The notes: generated from the sequence alone by a model not told the origin. 64,000 nt of DNA from Solirubrobacterales bacterium (GCA_038326655.1 JBBQKG010000003.1:57456-121455), one strand, 5' to 3'. Shown: positions 46,337-56,492, counted from the first letter of the stretch. Program-made: numbers and translations.

Positions 46337-46404
46337 AGAGGCGTTATCGGATCGGATCGCGAAGCCTTGAGCGTTTCGGCGTAAGGAATCCGACCTGCCC
46401 GGCT

Positions 46405-46418
46405 GAGACGATCGTCTC
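46405..46418. promoter_or_regulatory. perfect 14-bp palindrome GAGACGATCGTCTC
   Basis: Lies in the divergent 104-nt intergenic region, about 10 nt upstream of the GGGAGG SD of the gene starting at 46441. Confidence 0.3.
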
Positions 46419-46440
46419 CACCTATTAGGGAGGTTTCTCG

Positions 46441-47082
46441 ATGCGCGGTGACAGTTTCGAGCGGTTCGCGCCGCTCACCGGCGTGGCATTCGTCGTGATC
46501 GTCCTGATCGGCTTCATCGTCGGGGGCGACACCCCGGGCGCCCATGCCTCGGCCGCGAAGGCGGACTCCTTCTACGACAAGCACCACGACGTGCAGACGA
46601 TCGCGGCATTCGTGGTCGCGCTCGGCGCGGCGTTCCTGCCGTTCTTCGCCAGCTCACTGAAGCGCGCGCTGGACTGGTCGGGCGGAACGGGCCGGCTCGC
46701 CAACGCCGCGTTTGCCGGCGGCGTGATCGCGACGACCGGATTCCTCGTCCTGTCCACGATCCACCTCGCGCTGGCCGACGCCGCCGGCAAGACCAGCCCG
46801 CAGGTGACGCAGGCGCTGAACGTGCTCGACAACAACGACTTCATCCCGATGGCGGCCGGCCTCGGCGTGCTGCTGATCGCCAGCGGCCTCGCGATCGTGC
46901 GTTACCGCGCCTTGCCCGGGTGGCTGGGATGGGCGGCCCTGGTGGTCGGGATCCTGATCTTCACCCCGGCCGGGTTCATCGCCTTTCTCCTGAGCGGGAT
47001 CTGGATCCTGGTCACGAGCGTCGTGCTGTTCCGGCGCGCCGGCGCCGCGCCGCCGGGAGATGCCGGGTCGCTGCCTGCGTAG
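46441..47082 (+). CDS. multi-pass membrane protein, function unknown
   Basis: ATG follows TAGGGAGG. Five to six hydrophobic segments (VAFVVIVLIGFIV, IAAFVVALGAAFLPFF, GVIATTGFLVLS, AAGLGVLLIASGLAI, AALVVGILIF, FLLSGIWILVTSVVL). Confidence 0.7.
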   Translation: MRGDSFERFAPLTGVAFVVIVLIGFIVGGDTPGAHASAAKADSFYDKHHDVQTIAAFVVALGAAFLPFFASSLKRALDWSGGTGRLANAAFAGGVIATTGFLVLSTIHLALADAAGKTSPQVTQALNVLDNNDFIPMAAGLGVLLIASGLAIVRYRALPGWLGWAALVVGILIFTPAGFIAFLLSGIWILVTSVVLFRRAGAAPPGDAGSLPA

Positions 47083-47102
47083 TCGGCATACGATAGGAGC
47101 CG

Positions 47103-48644
47103 ATGCCCGCGGTGCAGCCGGCTCCAAGAGGGCGTAACCCCTTCGACGACGGCGGGGTCGAGCGCGGTCCGGACGGCGTGATGCGCTACACGGAGCGCCC
47201 GGCCTCGCTGGTCGCGATGCTCCGTGCGAGCGTCGAGCGGGACCCCGGCCATCCGGCGATCGTGGAGATCGGCGCAGGGACGCTCACCTACCAAGCGCTC
47301 TGGGACCGTGCCGCGCGCGTCGCCGGCGGCCTTCGCGCGGAGGGCATCTCGCGCGGAGACCGGGTCGCGCTGAGGCTGCCGAACGGGCTCGATTGGGTGG
47401 TCGCGTTCTTCGGCGTCCAGCTGCTCGGCGCCGTCGTGGTGCCCGTCAACATGCGCTTCAAGGAGTCCGAGGTCGCCTACGTGATCGCGGATTCGGGCGC
47501 GGCATTCACCTTCGAGGAGGGCAACGCCCTGCCCGACGGCGATCCCGTCGCGGTCGCGGACCTCGAGCCGCAGGACCTCGCGGCGATCTTCTACACGAGC
47601 GGCACGACCGGCTTTCCGAAGGGCGCGATGACCTCGCACGAGAACTTCCTCTCGAACAGCGAGAACGCGATCCGCTGTCTGAGCGTCGACCGCGCGGAGG
47701 GACCGGCGCTCAGCACGCTGGTGTCGGTGCCGCTGTTCCACGTGACGGGCTGCAACAGCCAGCTGATCCCGCTGCTCGAGCTGGGCGGGCGCGTCGAGAT
47801 CCTGGTCAGCCCGCTCGACATCGACGGCTTCTTCGAGGCGCTCACCGAACACGGCGTGAACCAGCTCGTGTCGGTGCCGGCGATCTACCACGCCGTCACC
47901 CGCCATCCCCGCTTCGAAGAGCTCGACGTCCAGGGCGTGCGCTGGGTCTCATACGGAGGCGCTCCGATCGCGGAGAGCCTCGTGCGGCGGATCCAGGAGA
48001 GCTTTCCGAACGCCCGCGTCGGCAACGGCTTCGGGCTGACCGAAACGAGCTCGCTGACCTCCTTCCTGCCCCACGAGGAAGCTGCGGAACACGCGGACTC
48101 GGTCGGTTTCGCGATGCCGGTCGTCGACCTGGCGCTCCACGAGCCGAATCCGGACACGGGTGTCGGCGAGCTGCTGGTGCGTGGTCAGAACGTCGTGCAG
48201 GGCTACTGGAACAAGCCGGACGCGACGCGGGAGACCTTCGTCGAGGACTGGCTGCACACCGGCGACCTCGCGCGCATCGACGACGACGGGCTGCTCTACA
48301 TCGTCGACCGGGAGAAGGACATGATCAACCGCGGCGGCGAGAACGTGTACTCGATCGAGGTCGAGAACGCGCTCGCGGGCGCACCGGGCGTGGGAGAGGC
48401 GGCGGTCGTGGCGGTGCCGGACGAGATGATGGGCGAGAAGGTCGGCGCCGTGATCGTTCCCGGCGGCGGGGAGGCGGACCTCGACGTCGCCGCCGTGATC
48501 GCGCACGTCGCCGAGGGGATCGCGGACTTCAAGGTCCCGCAGTATGTTGCCGTGCGCGGCGAGCCGCTTCCGCGCAACCCGGGCGGCAAGGTGCTGAAGG
48601 CGCAGCTGCGGGAGGAGACCGACTGGGGCGATCCGCTCCGGTAG
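47103..48644 (+). CDS. AMP-dependent acyl-CoA synthetase/ligase
   Basis: AMP-binding motif IFYTSGTTGFPKGA, GFGLTET, TGDLARIDDDGLLYIVDREKD, and terminal GKVLK. Confidence 0.9.
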   Translation: MPAVQPAPRGRNPFDDGGVERGPDGVMRYTERPASLVAMLRASVERDPGHPAIVEIGAGTLTYQALWDRAARVAGGLRAEGISRGDRVALRLPNGLDWVVAFFGVQLLGAVVVPVNMRFKESEVAYVIADSGAAFTFEEGNALPDGDPVAVADLEPQDLAAIFYTSGTTGFPKGAMTSHENFLSNSENAIRCLSVDRAEGPALSTLVSVPLFHVTGCNSQLIPLLELGGRVEILVSPLDIDGFFEALTEHGVNQLVSVPAIYHAVTRHPRFEELDVQGVRWVSYGGAPIAESLVRRIQESFPNARVGNGFGLTETSSLTSFLPHEEAAEHADSVGFAMPVVDLALHEPNPDTGVGELLVRGQNVVQGYWNKPDATRETFVEDWLHTGDLARIDDDGLLYIVDREKDMINRGGENVYSIEVENALAGAPGVGEAAVVAVPDEMMGEKVGAVIVPGGGEADLDVAAVIAHVAEGIADFKVPQYVAVRGEPLPRNPGGKVLKAQLREETDWGDPLR

Positions 48645-48671
48645 GCGACCAGCGAGAGGGAGAGGAGAGCG

Positions 48672-49631
48672 ATGCCCACCGTCGAGACCGTTCAGGGGCC
48701 GGTCGATGCCGGCGACCTCGGCACCGTGCTGATCCACGAGCATGTGCGCTTCCGCGACGAAGCGGTCGCGGAGCAGTGGCCCGGCCGCTATGACGAGCAG
48801 GCCGAGCTCGACGCGGCAATCGAGGCCGTGGGCGCGGCCGCGGGCCACGGCGTGCGCACGATCTGCGACGCCACCGCGATGTTCGGAGGCCGTGACGTGC
48901 GCTTCATGCAGCGCGTCGTTCAGGAGACGGGCGTGCAGCTGATCGCCTGCACCGGGATCTACACGTACGACTATCTCCCGCATTACTTCGAGAACCGCAC
49001 CGTCGATCAGATTGCCGAGCTGTTCGTCAGCGACATCGAGGAGGGAATCCAAGGGACCGGCGCCAAGGCCGGGTTCCTGAAGTGCGCGGCCGATGCTGCC
49101 GGCGTCACCGACAACGTCGAGAAGGTGCACCGCGCAGTCGCGCGTGCGAGCGTGCAGACCGGAGCGCCGATCATGGCGCACTCGCGGCCCGCCAGCAATA
49201 CGGGACCGCGGCAGGTCGAGCTCTTCCGCGAGGAGGGCGTCGATCCGTCGAAGATCCAGATCGCGCACACCGGCGACACGGACGACCTCGACTACATCGA
49301 CGGATTGCTGCACGCGGGCGTGATGATCGGGATGGACCGCTACGGGCTCGAGATGTTCCTCCCGATGGACCGCCGCAACGCGACCGTGGCGGAGCTGCTG
49401 CGGCGCGGGCACGCCGACCGGATCGTGATGTCGCAGGACTTCTGCGCGACGATCGACTGGTTCCCGCCCGAGGCGGTCGAGGGGCTCGTGGAGCAGGGGC
49501 TCGTGCGCAACTGGAGCATGACGCTCGTGTTCGAGGAGGTCCTGCCCGCGCTACGCGAGGACGGGGTCCTAACCGACGAGCACGTGCGCACGATGTTCGT
49601 CGAGAACCCTCGCCGCTGGCTCGCTGGTTAG
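48672..49631 (+). CDS. phosphotriesterase-like lactonase family (amidohydrolase fold)
   Basis: SD GAGGGAGAGGAG upstream. Metal ligands LIHEHV, carbamylated-Lys context AGFLKCAA, PIMAHS, IAHTGD and MSQDF. Confidence 0.85.
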   Translation: MPTVETVQGPVDAGDLGTVLIHEHVRFRDEAVAEQWPGRYDEQAELDAAIEAVGAAAGHGVRTICDATAMFGGRDVRFMQRVVQETGVQLIACTGIYTYDYLPHYFENRTVDQIAELFVSDIEEGIQGTGAKAGFLKCAADAAGVTDNVEKVHRAVARASVQTGAPIMAHSRPASNTGPRQVELFREEGVDPSKIQIAHTGDTDDLDYIDGLLHAGVMIGMDRYGLEMFLPMDRRNATVAELLRRGHADRIVMSQDFCATIDWFPPEAVEGLVEQGLVRNWSMTLVFEEVLPALREDGVLTDEHVRTMFVENPRRWLAG

Positions 49632-50795
49632 CGGCGGCACCTTCGGCGCAAGGCCGGCGCGGCGCGCCGCCTGCGCTCGTGTCACCGGGGCGCGGCCCCA
49701 CCGCGCGACCTGCGCGTAGTCGAGCAGCCGGTCGAAGTAGGTCTCGATCGGCGCAGCCGTCACTCCCACCGGCTCGAGCGCTCGTCGTGCCTGCTCGTTC
49801 GCATATCTGACCCGCATCGAGAAGTACGGGAAGAACGCGCGGCTGCGGTCGAGCCCCTCACGCAGCTTTCCGCCGCGGCGGCGCAGCAGCGGGTCGACGA
49901 TCGTGCGGAACAGGGGCGGCGGGATCACGACCGGCTCCCGCCGCTCCATGCGCTCGGCCGAGAGCTCGAGCAGCCGGCCGACGGTGGTCGCCAGCGGGCC
50001 GGCGACGAGGTTGTAGGCCCGAAGCCGGTCGACCGGGCGCCGGCAGAGCTCGAAGACGGCATCGGCGACGTAGTCGACGGGCACCACGTCGACCGGCGCC
50101 GACCGGCGGGCGGGAAGGGCGTGGAGCGACCCCCGCGCGAACGCCTTGAGCGGCGAGTAGAGCACGTTGAAGGCGGCCGTCCAGCCGGTCCGGCGATCCC
50201 CGACCACGATGCTCGGGCGGAAGACCTGGATCGGGAGACGGTCGCCGTGCGCGCGCACGAGTCGCTCCGCCTCGAACTTCGACTGCTCGTAGGCATTCCT
50301 GAATCGCTGCCCCACGTCCAGCTGCTCCTCGGCGAACTCGCCGGCGCAGGCTCCCGCCACGTAAGCGGTCGAGATGTAGCCGAGACAGTCGAGGCCGCCG
50401 CGGCGGCGGCAGAGGTCGGCGAGGCGGAGAATCTCCTCCGTGCCGGAGACGTTGATGTGCCGCGAGCGGTCGAGCGGCAACGCGAACGAGACCGAGGCCG
50501 CCGAGTGCACGATGTCGGTGACGCGTTCGGTGAGCGCGTCGCGGGTCCATCGATCGAGCCCCAGCCCTGGCTCCTCGATGTCTGCACGAACCGCCGCGAG
50601 ACGGTTCCGGTAAGCGTCGGGCGCCCCGCAGAGCCCTTCCACCGTCGCCCGCAGGCGTTGGTCCGCCTCCGCGTCGTCGCGCGCCCGCACCGCCACCAAC
50701 ACCGGCCGGTCGGTGCGCTCCAGGTATCGCGCAAGGATCTCCGTCCCGACGAATCCCGTCGCGCCTGTCAGCAGGACTGCGCCTTGCGGGCTCAT
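49569..50795 (-). CDS. fatty acyl-CoA/thioester reductase (SDR, NAD_binding_4 type)
   Basis: VLLTGATGFVGTEIL, HSAASVSF and the catalytic YEQSK. The 3' end overlaps the convergent lactonase gene by 63 nt. Confidence 0.8.
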   Translation of the reverse strand: MSPQGAVLLTGATGFVGTEILARYLERTDRPVLVAVRARDDAEADQRLRATVEGLCGAPDAYRNRLAAVRADIEEPGLGLDRWTRDALTERVTDIVHSAASVSFALPLDRSRHINVSGTEEILRLADLCRRRGGLDCLGYISTAYVAGACAGEFAEEQLDVGQRFRNAYEQSKFEAERLVRAHGDRLPIQVFRPSIVVGDRRTGWTAAFNVLYSPLKAFARGSLHALPARRSAPVDVVPVDYVADAVFELCRRPVDRLRAYNLVAGPLATTVGRLLELSAERMERREPVVIPPPLFRTIVDPLLRRRGGKLREGLDRSRAFFPYFSMRVRYANEQARRALEPVGVTAAPIETYFDRLLDYAQVARWGRAPVTRAQAARRAGLAPKVPPLTSEPAARVLDEHRAHVLVG

Positions 50796-50810
50796 CTCGG
50801 ATCCTCCTTG

Positions 50811-52169
50811 CTAGCGGGAAAGGGCGACCAGCTCGTCGAGCGACTGGTCGATCGCGTCCGCGACGAGGTCGGCGTCGGGAAGCGCCTCGCGGTCCGCGTA
50901 GATGCCGAAGAAAGCGTCGTCCCGGATCGTCGTGACGCCGATCGACAACGCATGCCGGTCGGCGATCGGCACGACGGGGTAGGCCTCCTCCAGCTCGCAC
51001 CCGAGCATGTACATCGGCTCACTCGGGCCGGGGATGTTCGAGACCGTGAGGTTGAAGACGAGGGGGCTCGCGATCACGCCCGAGAAGGCGTTGCGCACAG
51101 GCTGGGGCAGGTAGCCGATCGCGTCGAAGATCGCCTCCACCCAGTGCGCGTCCTCGTGGTCCTTCCGGCCGGCCGTCTCGGCGTGGATCGAGCGAAGCCG
51201 CCGAGCCGGGTCGGCCTCGTCGCAGGGCAGGTCGACGAACATGAACGAGATCCGGTTGCCCGCGTCGCCGTTCTCGCCCGCACCGCGCACGTTCACCGGG
51301 ACCATCGTCTTGAGCGGCACCGGCCGCTCCGCATGGCGCTCGAGCAGGCGGCGGACGCCGCCGGCCGAAGCGGCCAGCACGACATCGTTGATCGTGGTTC
51401 CGAAGCTCGCCTTGACGAGCCTGAGGTCCTGCAGCGGCCGCCGCGCGGTGGCGAGGTGCCGGAGCGGCGAGATCGGCGCGTTCAGCGCCGGCACAAGCGG
51501 CGCCGGGCGCAGCATCCCGGCGGCGGACCTGGCCGCGGTCGCGGCGATCTGCGCGGCCGTCAGCGGGGATCGCGCGACCCGCGCGGGCAGGCCGAGGATG
51601 CCGAGGTCGCCGCGCAGCTGGTCGACCACGCCGCCGACCATGCGGCTGAGCCCGGAAGGCTTCGGCTCGGGAGACCATCTGTCCGGAGCGGCCGGCTCCG
51701 GCTCGGGCGTCGGGTCGAGCAGGAGCGCCGCGAGCTCGACGGCGGCGATCCCGTCGACCATGCAGTGGTGAACCTTGCCGACCACGCCGATCCGGCCGTC
51801 GTCGAGTCGGTCTGCGATGCAGAGCTGCCACAGGGGGCGCCGGCGGTCGAGCTGCCGGGACATGCAGTCGTCGATCGCCTCGCCGAGTGTTGCGGAGCTC
51901 GCCCGCACGATATGGCGCGCCGGGTCGAAGTCCTCGTCGTCGATCCAGAGCGGTGCGTTCAGGCCGAGCGGGACCGAGGCCAGGCGCTGGCGGAAGCGCC
52001 GGCCCCGGCAGAGCCGGCCCTCGATGTGCCGGAAAAGGTCCTCGAACTCAGGGCGCGGCCCCTCGTCCGGGGGCCGGAAGGTCGTGGCCCAGCCGACGTG
52101 CATGTGCGCGGTCGAGCTCTCGACCGCGAGAAACGAGGCGTCAAGTGGCGACAGCCGGGTTGTTGACAT
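50811..52169 (-). CDS. wax ester synthase/diacylglycerol acyltransferase (WS/DGAT)
   Basis: ATG 52169 (MSTTRLSPLDASFL). Catalytic HHCMVDG, and NDVVLAA in the C-terminal domain. Confidence 0.88.
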   Translation of the reverse strand: MSTTRLSPLDASFLAVESSTAHMHVGWATTFRPPDEGPRPEFEDLFRHIEGRLCRGRRFRQRLASVPLGLNAPLWIDDEDFDPARHIVRASSATLGEAIDDCMSRQLDRRRPLWQLCIADRLDDGRIGVVGKVHHCMVDGIAAVELAALLLDPTPEPEPAAPDRWSPEPKPSGLSRMVGGVVDQLRGDLGILGLPARVARSPLTAAQIAATAARSAAGMLRPAPLVPALNAPISPLRHLATARRPLQDLRLVKASFGTTINDVVLAASAGGVRRLLERHAERPVPLKTMVPVNVRGAGENGDAGNRISFMFVDLPCDEADPARRLRSIHAETAGRKDHEDAHWVEAIFDAIGYLPQPVRNAFSGVIASPLVFNLTVSNIPGPSEPMYMLGCELEEAYPVVPIADRHALSIGVTTIRDDAFFGIYADREALPDADLVADAIDQSLDELVALSR

Positions 52170-52363
52170 TGCGACCCCCCGGGTCTGGTTCCGATTGACT
52201 TGGATTCGAGCGGGCCGGCCGGCCGTCTCCTCCGGCGGCATCGCGACAGGCGCACCCGCGGCAGTTAGAGCGTTCTGCCCAGCGATCACACCCGGAAACG
52301 CAGAAAGTTCTTAGAAACTGCGCAAATTGGCCGAAAGAACGATCCCGCTAGATTGCAGCGCCC

Positions 52364-53512
52364 CTACAGGCCCAGCTGCCGGCCGATGATCTCCTTCATG
52401 ATCTCGTCGGTGCCGCCCCCGATCGGCCCCAGGCGGGCGTCGCGCAGGGCACGCTCGACGTCGTACTCGCGCATGTAGCCGTAGCCGCCGTGCAGCTGGA
52501 CCGCCTCGTCGGCCACCTCGACCGCGGCGCGGCAGGCGAGCAGCTTCGCGCTCGAGACCTCGCGCAGCGCGTCCTGGCCCGAGACGAGCAGACGCAGGCC
52601 GTGGTAGGTGAGGTCCCGGCAGGCCTCGATCTTGGTCGCCATCGCCGCGATCTTGTGGCGAACGGCCTGGAAGCGCCCGATCGGCCGCCCGAAGGCCTCG
52701 CGCTCCTTGACGTATGCGAGCGTGCGCTCGAAGGTCGCCTGCATGCCCCCGACCGCTCCGAGCGCCATCGCGAGGCGCTCCCACTGGAAGTTGGCCATGA
52801 TCAGGTAGAAGCCCTTGTTCTCCTCGCCGAGCAGGTTCTCCGCGGGCACGCGCACGTCGGAGAACGACAGCTCGCCCGTGTCCGAGGCATGCCAGCCGAG
52901 CTTCTCCAGCTTCCGCGAGACCTCGAACCCCGGCATGCCCTTCTCGAGCACCAGGAACGAGATCCCGTGGTGCCCGCCGTCGGGCGTGGTCTTCACCGCG
53001 GTCACATAGAAGTCCGCGCGCACGCCGTTGGTGATGAACGTCTTGGACCCGTTCACGACGTACTCGCCGTGCTCGAGGCGGGCGCTGGTCTTCAGGCCGG
53101 CGACGTCGGAGCCCGCGCCCGGCTCGGTGATCGCGAGCGCGCCGATCTTCTCGCCCCTGATCGCCGGCGCAAGCCAGCGCCGCTTCTGCTCGTCGGTCCC
53201 GAACTTGTCGATCGGCGGCGTCGCGATCCCGACATGGGCGCCGATCCCGGCCGCCACTCCCCCCGAGCCACACCGCGCCATCTCCTCGGCGAACACGGCA
53301 CCGTGCACGGTGTCGCCGCCCTGGCCGCCGTACTCCTCGGGATAGGTGAGGCCGAGGAAGCCCAGCTCGCCCATGCGGGTGTACAGCTCACGCGGAAACT
53401 CCTCCGCCGCCTCCCAGGCGGGGGCATGCGGGCGGATCTCGCGTTCGACGAACGTCCGCAGCGACTCGCGCAGCGCCTCGTGCTCCTCGGTGAACGGCGG
53501 GATCAGCATCAT
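52364..53512 (-). CDS. acyl-CoA dehydrogenase
   Basis: ATG 53512 overlaps the upstream stop (ATGA). AITEPGAGSD, GSKTFITNG, GGYGYMREYDVERALRDAR, and the catalytic-Glu context IGGGTDEIM. Confidence 0.9.
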   Translation of the reverse strand: MMLIPPFTEEHEALRESLRTFVEREIRPHAPAWEAAEEFPRELYTRMGELGFLGLTYPEEYGGQGGDTVHGAVFAEEMARCGSGGVAAGIGAHVGIATPPIDKFGTDEQKRRWLAPAIRGEKIGALAITEPGAGSDVAGLKTSARLEHGEYVVNGSKTFITNGVRADFYVTAVKTTPDGGHHGISFLVLEKGMPGFEVSRKLEKLGWHASDTGELSFSDVRVPAENLLGEENKGFYLIMANFQWERLAMALGAVGGMQATFERTLAYVKEREAFGRPIGRFQAVRHKIAAMATKIEACRDLTYHGLRLLVSGQDALREVSSAKLLACRAAVEVADEAVQLHGGYGYMREYDVERALRDARLGPIGGGTDEIMKEIIGRQLGL

Positions 53513-53988
53513 GCGCGGACCCGGTCTGCCGCGTCGTGGCCCGCGCCGTCACGCTCGCGCGCCTCGTCCCAGCCCTTCAGCGTCGTGTAGCCGCGTCCGG
53601 CGTGGTCGAAGCCCAACAGGTTCCCCTGGCGGTTGGCGGCGTCGGAGTGGTGGTAGGCGCGGACCTCCGCGATCAGGCCGTCGCGAACCACGAACCACTC
53701 GGTGCCGCGGTCGATCCGCTGCTCGCCGCCGTGGCGGGCATCGCGCCAGAGCATCGTCCACTCGATCACGACCTCCTCGCCCTGCTCGATCGCGTGCTCC
53801 AGGTGCCAGCTCGCGTCGAGGTGCTTCACCCCCTGCTCGGTGATCTCGCCGATCTCACGAGCGCTGCGGTGCGGGCCGAGGCGCGTGTAGTAGTGGTTCG
53901 CGTCGGGCTGGAAGTGACGCGCGACCTTCTCGACGTCACCTGTGTTCAGGTCGCGGTAGTAGGCCCTGACCCGCTCGAGCGGTGTCAT
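53509..53988 (-). CDS. NTF2-like (SnoaL-type) protein
   Basis: ATG 53988 (MTPLERVRAYYRDLNTGDVEKVARHF). Typical SnoaL start with a cone-like alpha+beta pattern (EWFVVRDGLIAEVRAYH). Confidence 0.65.
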   Translation of the reverse strand: MTPLERVRAYYRDLNTGDVEKVARHFQPDANHYYTRLGPHRSAREIGEITEQGVKHLDASWHLEHAIEQGEEVVIEWTMLWRDARHGGEQRIDRGTEWFVVRDGLIAEVRAYHHSDAANRQGNLLGFDHAGRGYTTLKGWDEARERDGAGHDAADRVRA

Positions 53989-53993
53989 GTCGT

Positions 53994-54428
53994 TCACGTA
54001 ATCCCTCCCAGTAGCCGGACGAAGTGGAAGCTCGCGATCGTGTACCGCTCGCGGAAGTAGAAGCGGTGCGCCTTGCGGCGCTGCACGCCGGAGCCGAGGT
54101 GGATCGACCCGCAGCCCTCGTTGCGGGCAAGCTCGACGAGGTAGGTGTTCAGCAGCCGGCCATAGCCGTGCGAGCGCCAGGCTTCGGCGGTGACCAGGTC
54201 GTCCACGTACATGTGGAGGCCGCTGACCAGGTTCGTGAAGAGGCGATAGCCCGCCGCGGCGCGGCACTCGTCGCCGTCGAACAGGGCCGCCAGCCGGTAG
54301 CCCTGCGGATGGCCCGCCTCGTACCGCCGCCGGAACTCGGGCTCGTCGAGCTCGGTGCGGAGCTGCTGCATCACCGGGAAGACGGCCGCAAGGCGGGGGT
54401 CCCCCGGCGGGACCTCGAGGATGTCCAC
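53994..54428 (-). CDS. GNAT-family N-acetyltransferase
   Basis: GTG 54428. Acetyl-CoA-binding motif VTAEAWRSHGYGRLLN and C-terminal AHRFYFRERY. Confidence 0.7.
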   Translation of the reverse strand: MDILEVPPGDPRLAAVFPVMQQLRTELDEPEFRRRYEAGHPQGYRLAALFDGDECRAAAGYRLFTNLVSGLHMYVDDLVTAEAWRSHGYGRLLNTYLVELARNEGCGSIHLGSGVQRRKAHRFYFRERYTIASFHFVRLLGGIT

Positions 54429-54430
54429 CC

Positions 54431-55618
<1,188 letters not shown>

Positions 55619-55635
55619 ACGACCTCCCGGAAAAC

Positions 55636-55664
55636 TTGACAGGCTGGTCGGGCAAAGCTACAAG
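55636..55664 (+). promoter_or_regulatory. sigma-70-like promoter TTGACA-17 nt-TACAAG for the plus-strand operon
   Basis: Consensus -35 hexamer at 55636-55641 and TACAAG at 55659-55664, in an AT-enriched divergent intergenic region. Confidence 0.4.
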
Positions 55665-55684
55665 AAGCCTTCGGAAAAGTAAAC

Positions 55685-55700
55685 AGTAGGACTTCCTACT
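55685..55700. promoter_or_regulatory. 16-bp palindrome AGTAGGA-ct-TCCTACT (candidate operator)
   Basis: Perfect 7-bp arms ending 6 nt before ATG 55707. It lies downstream of the putative promoter, so it would sit on the 5' UTR/SD region. Confidence 0.4.
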
Positions 55701-55706
55701 TCCCGC

Positions 55707-56492
55707 ATGCCCAACTTCGAGACGCTTCTCTACGACACCGGCGACGGCGTTGCGACGATCACGCTGAACCAGCCGGAGACGCGTAACGCCCTCTCCAACG
55801 AGCTGCTCGGCGACCTGCTCGCGGCCTTCGAGACGGCGCGCGCCGACGGCGAGGTCCGGTGCGTGGTGCTGACCTCCTCGCACGAGACGGTCTTCTCCTC
55901 CGGCGCGAACCTGGCCGGCTTCGCGGCCGACGTGCCGATCGTCCATCGCCACTTCGGCACGGAGCGCTTCGTGAAGTTGTTCCGTCTGATCGGGACGCTC
56001 GGCAAGCCCAGCATCTGCGCCGCCAACGGCCACGTGCTCGCGGGTGCGCTCGGGATCGCGCTCGCCTGTGACCTGATCGTGGCGAAGGAGGGAGCGACGT
56101 TCGGAACGCCCGAGATCAACGTCGGCGCGTTTCCCTTCATGATCATGGCGCTGATCTACCGGAATGTCCCGCGCAAGAAGACGAACGAGCTGCTCCTGCT
56201 CGGGGACCGGATCGACGCGCGCGAGGCCGAGCGCATCGGGATCGTCAACAGGGTCGTGCCCGAGGCGGAGTTCGACGCCGCGGTGCGCGAATGGGCGGCG
56301 AAGCTGGCCTCGAAGTCGCCGGTGATCATGCGACTCGGCAAGGACGCGATGTACCGGCAGCTCGACATGCCCTTCGAGGACGCGCTCGACTACCTGCGGT
56401 CCCAGCTCAGCCTCGCGATGACCACCGAGGACATCCTCGAGGGCGTGCAGGCGTTCTTCGAAAAGCGCGAACCAAACTGGAAAGGACGGTAA
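55707..56492 (+). CDS. enoyl-CoA hydratase (crotonase family)
   Basis: VATITLNQPETRNAL, FSSGANL, ANGHVLAGALGIALACDL, and the C-terminal FFEKREPNWKGR. Confidence 0.88.
   Translation: MPNFETLLYDTGDGVATITLNQPETRNALSNELLGDLLAAFETARADGEVRCVVLTSSHETVFSSGANLAGFAADVPIVHRHFGTERFVKLFRLIGTLGKPSICAANGHVLAGALGIALACDLIVAKEGATFGTPEINVGAFPFMIMALIYRNVPRKKTNELLLLGDRIDAREAERIGIVNRVVPEAEFDAAVREWAAKLASKSPVIMRLGKDAMYRQLDMPFEDALDYLRSQLSLAMTTEDILEGVQAFFEKREPNWKGR

Noticed and set aside
46405-46418. GAGACG/CGTCTC pair resembling back-to-back type IIS (BsmBI/Esp3I) cloning sites, i.e. an engineering scar
   Set aside because: It is simply the two halves of one natural palindrome in a normal intergenic context. No vector-like sequence, linkers or other engineered features are nearby.
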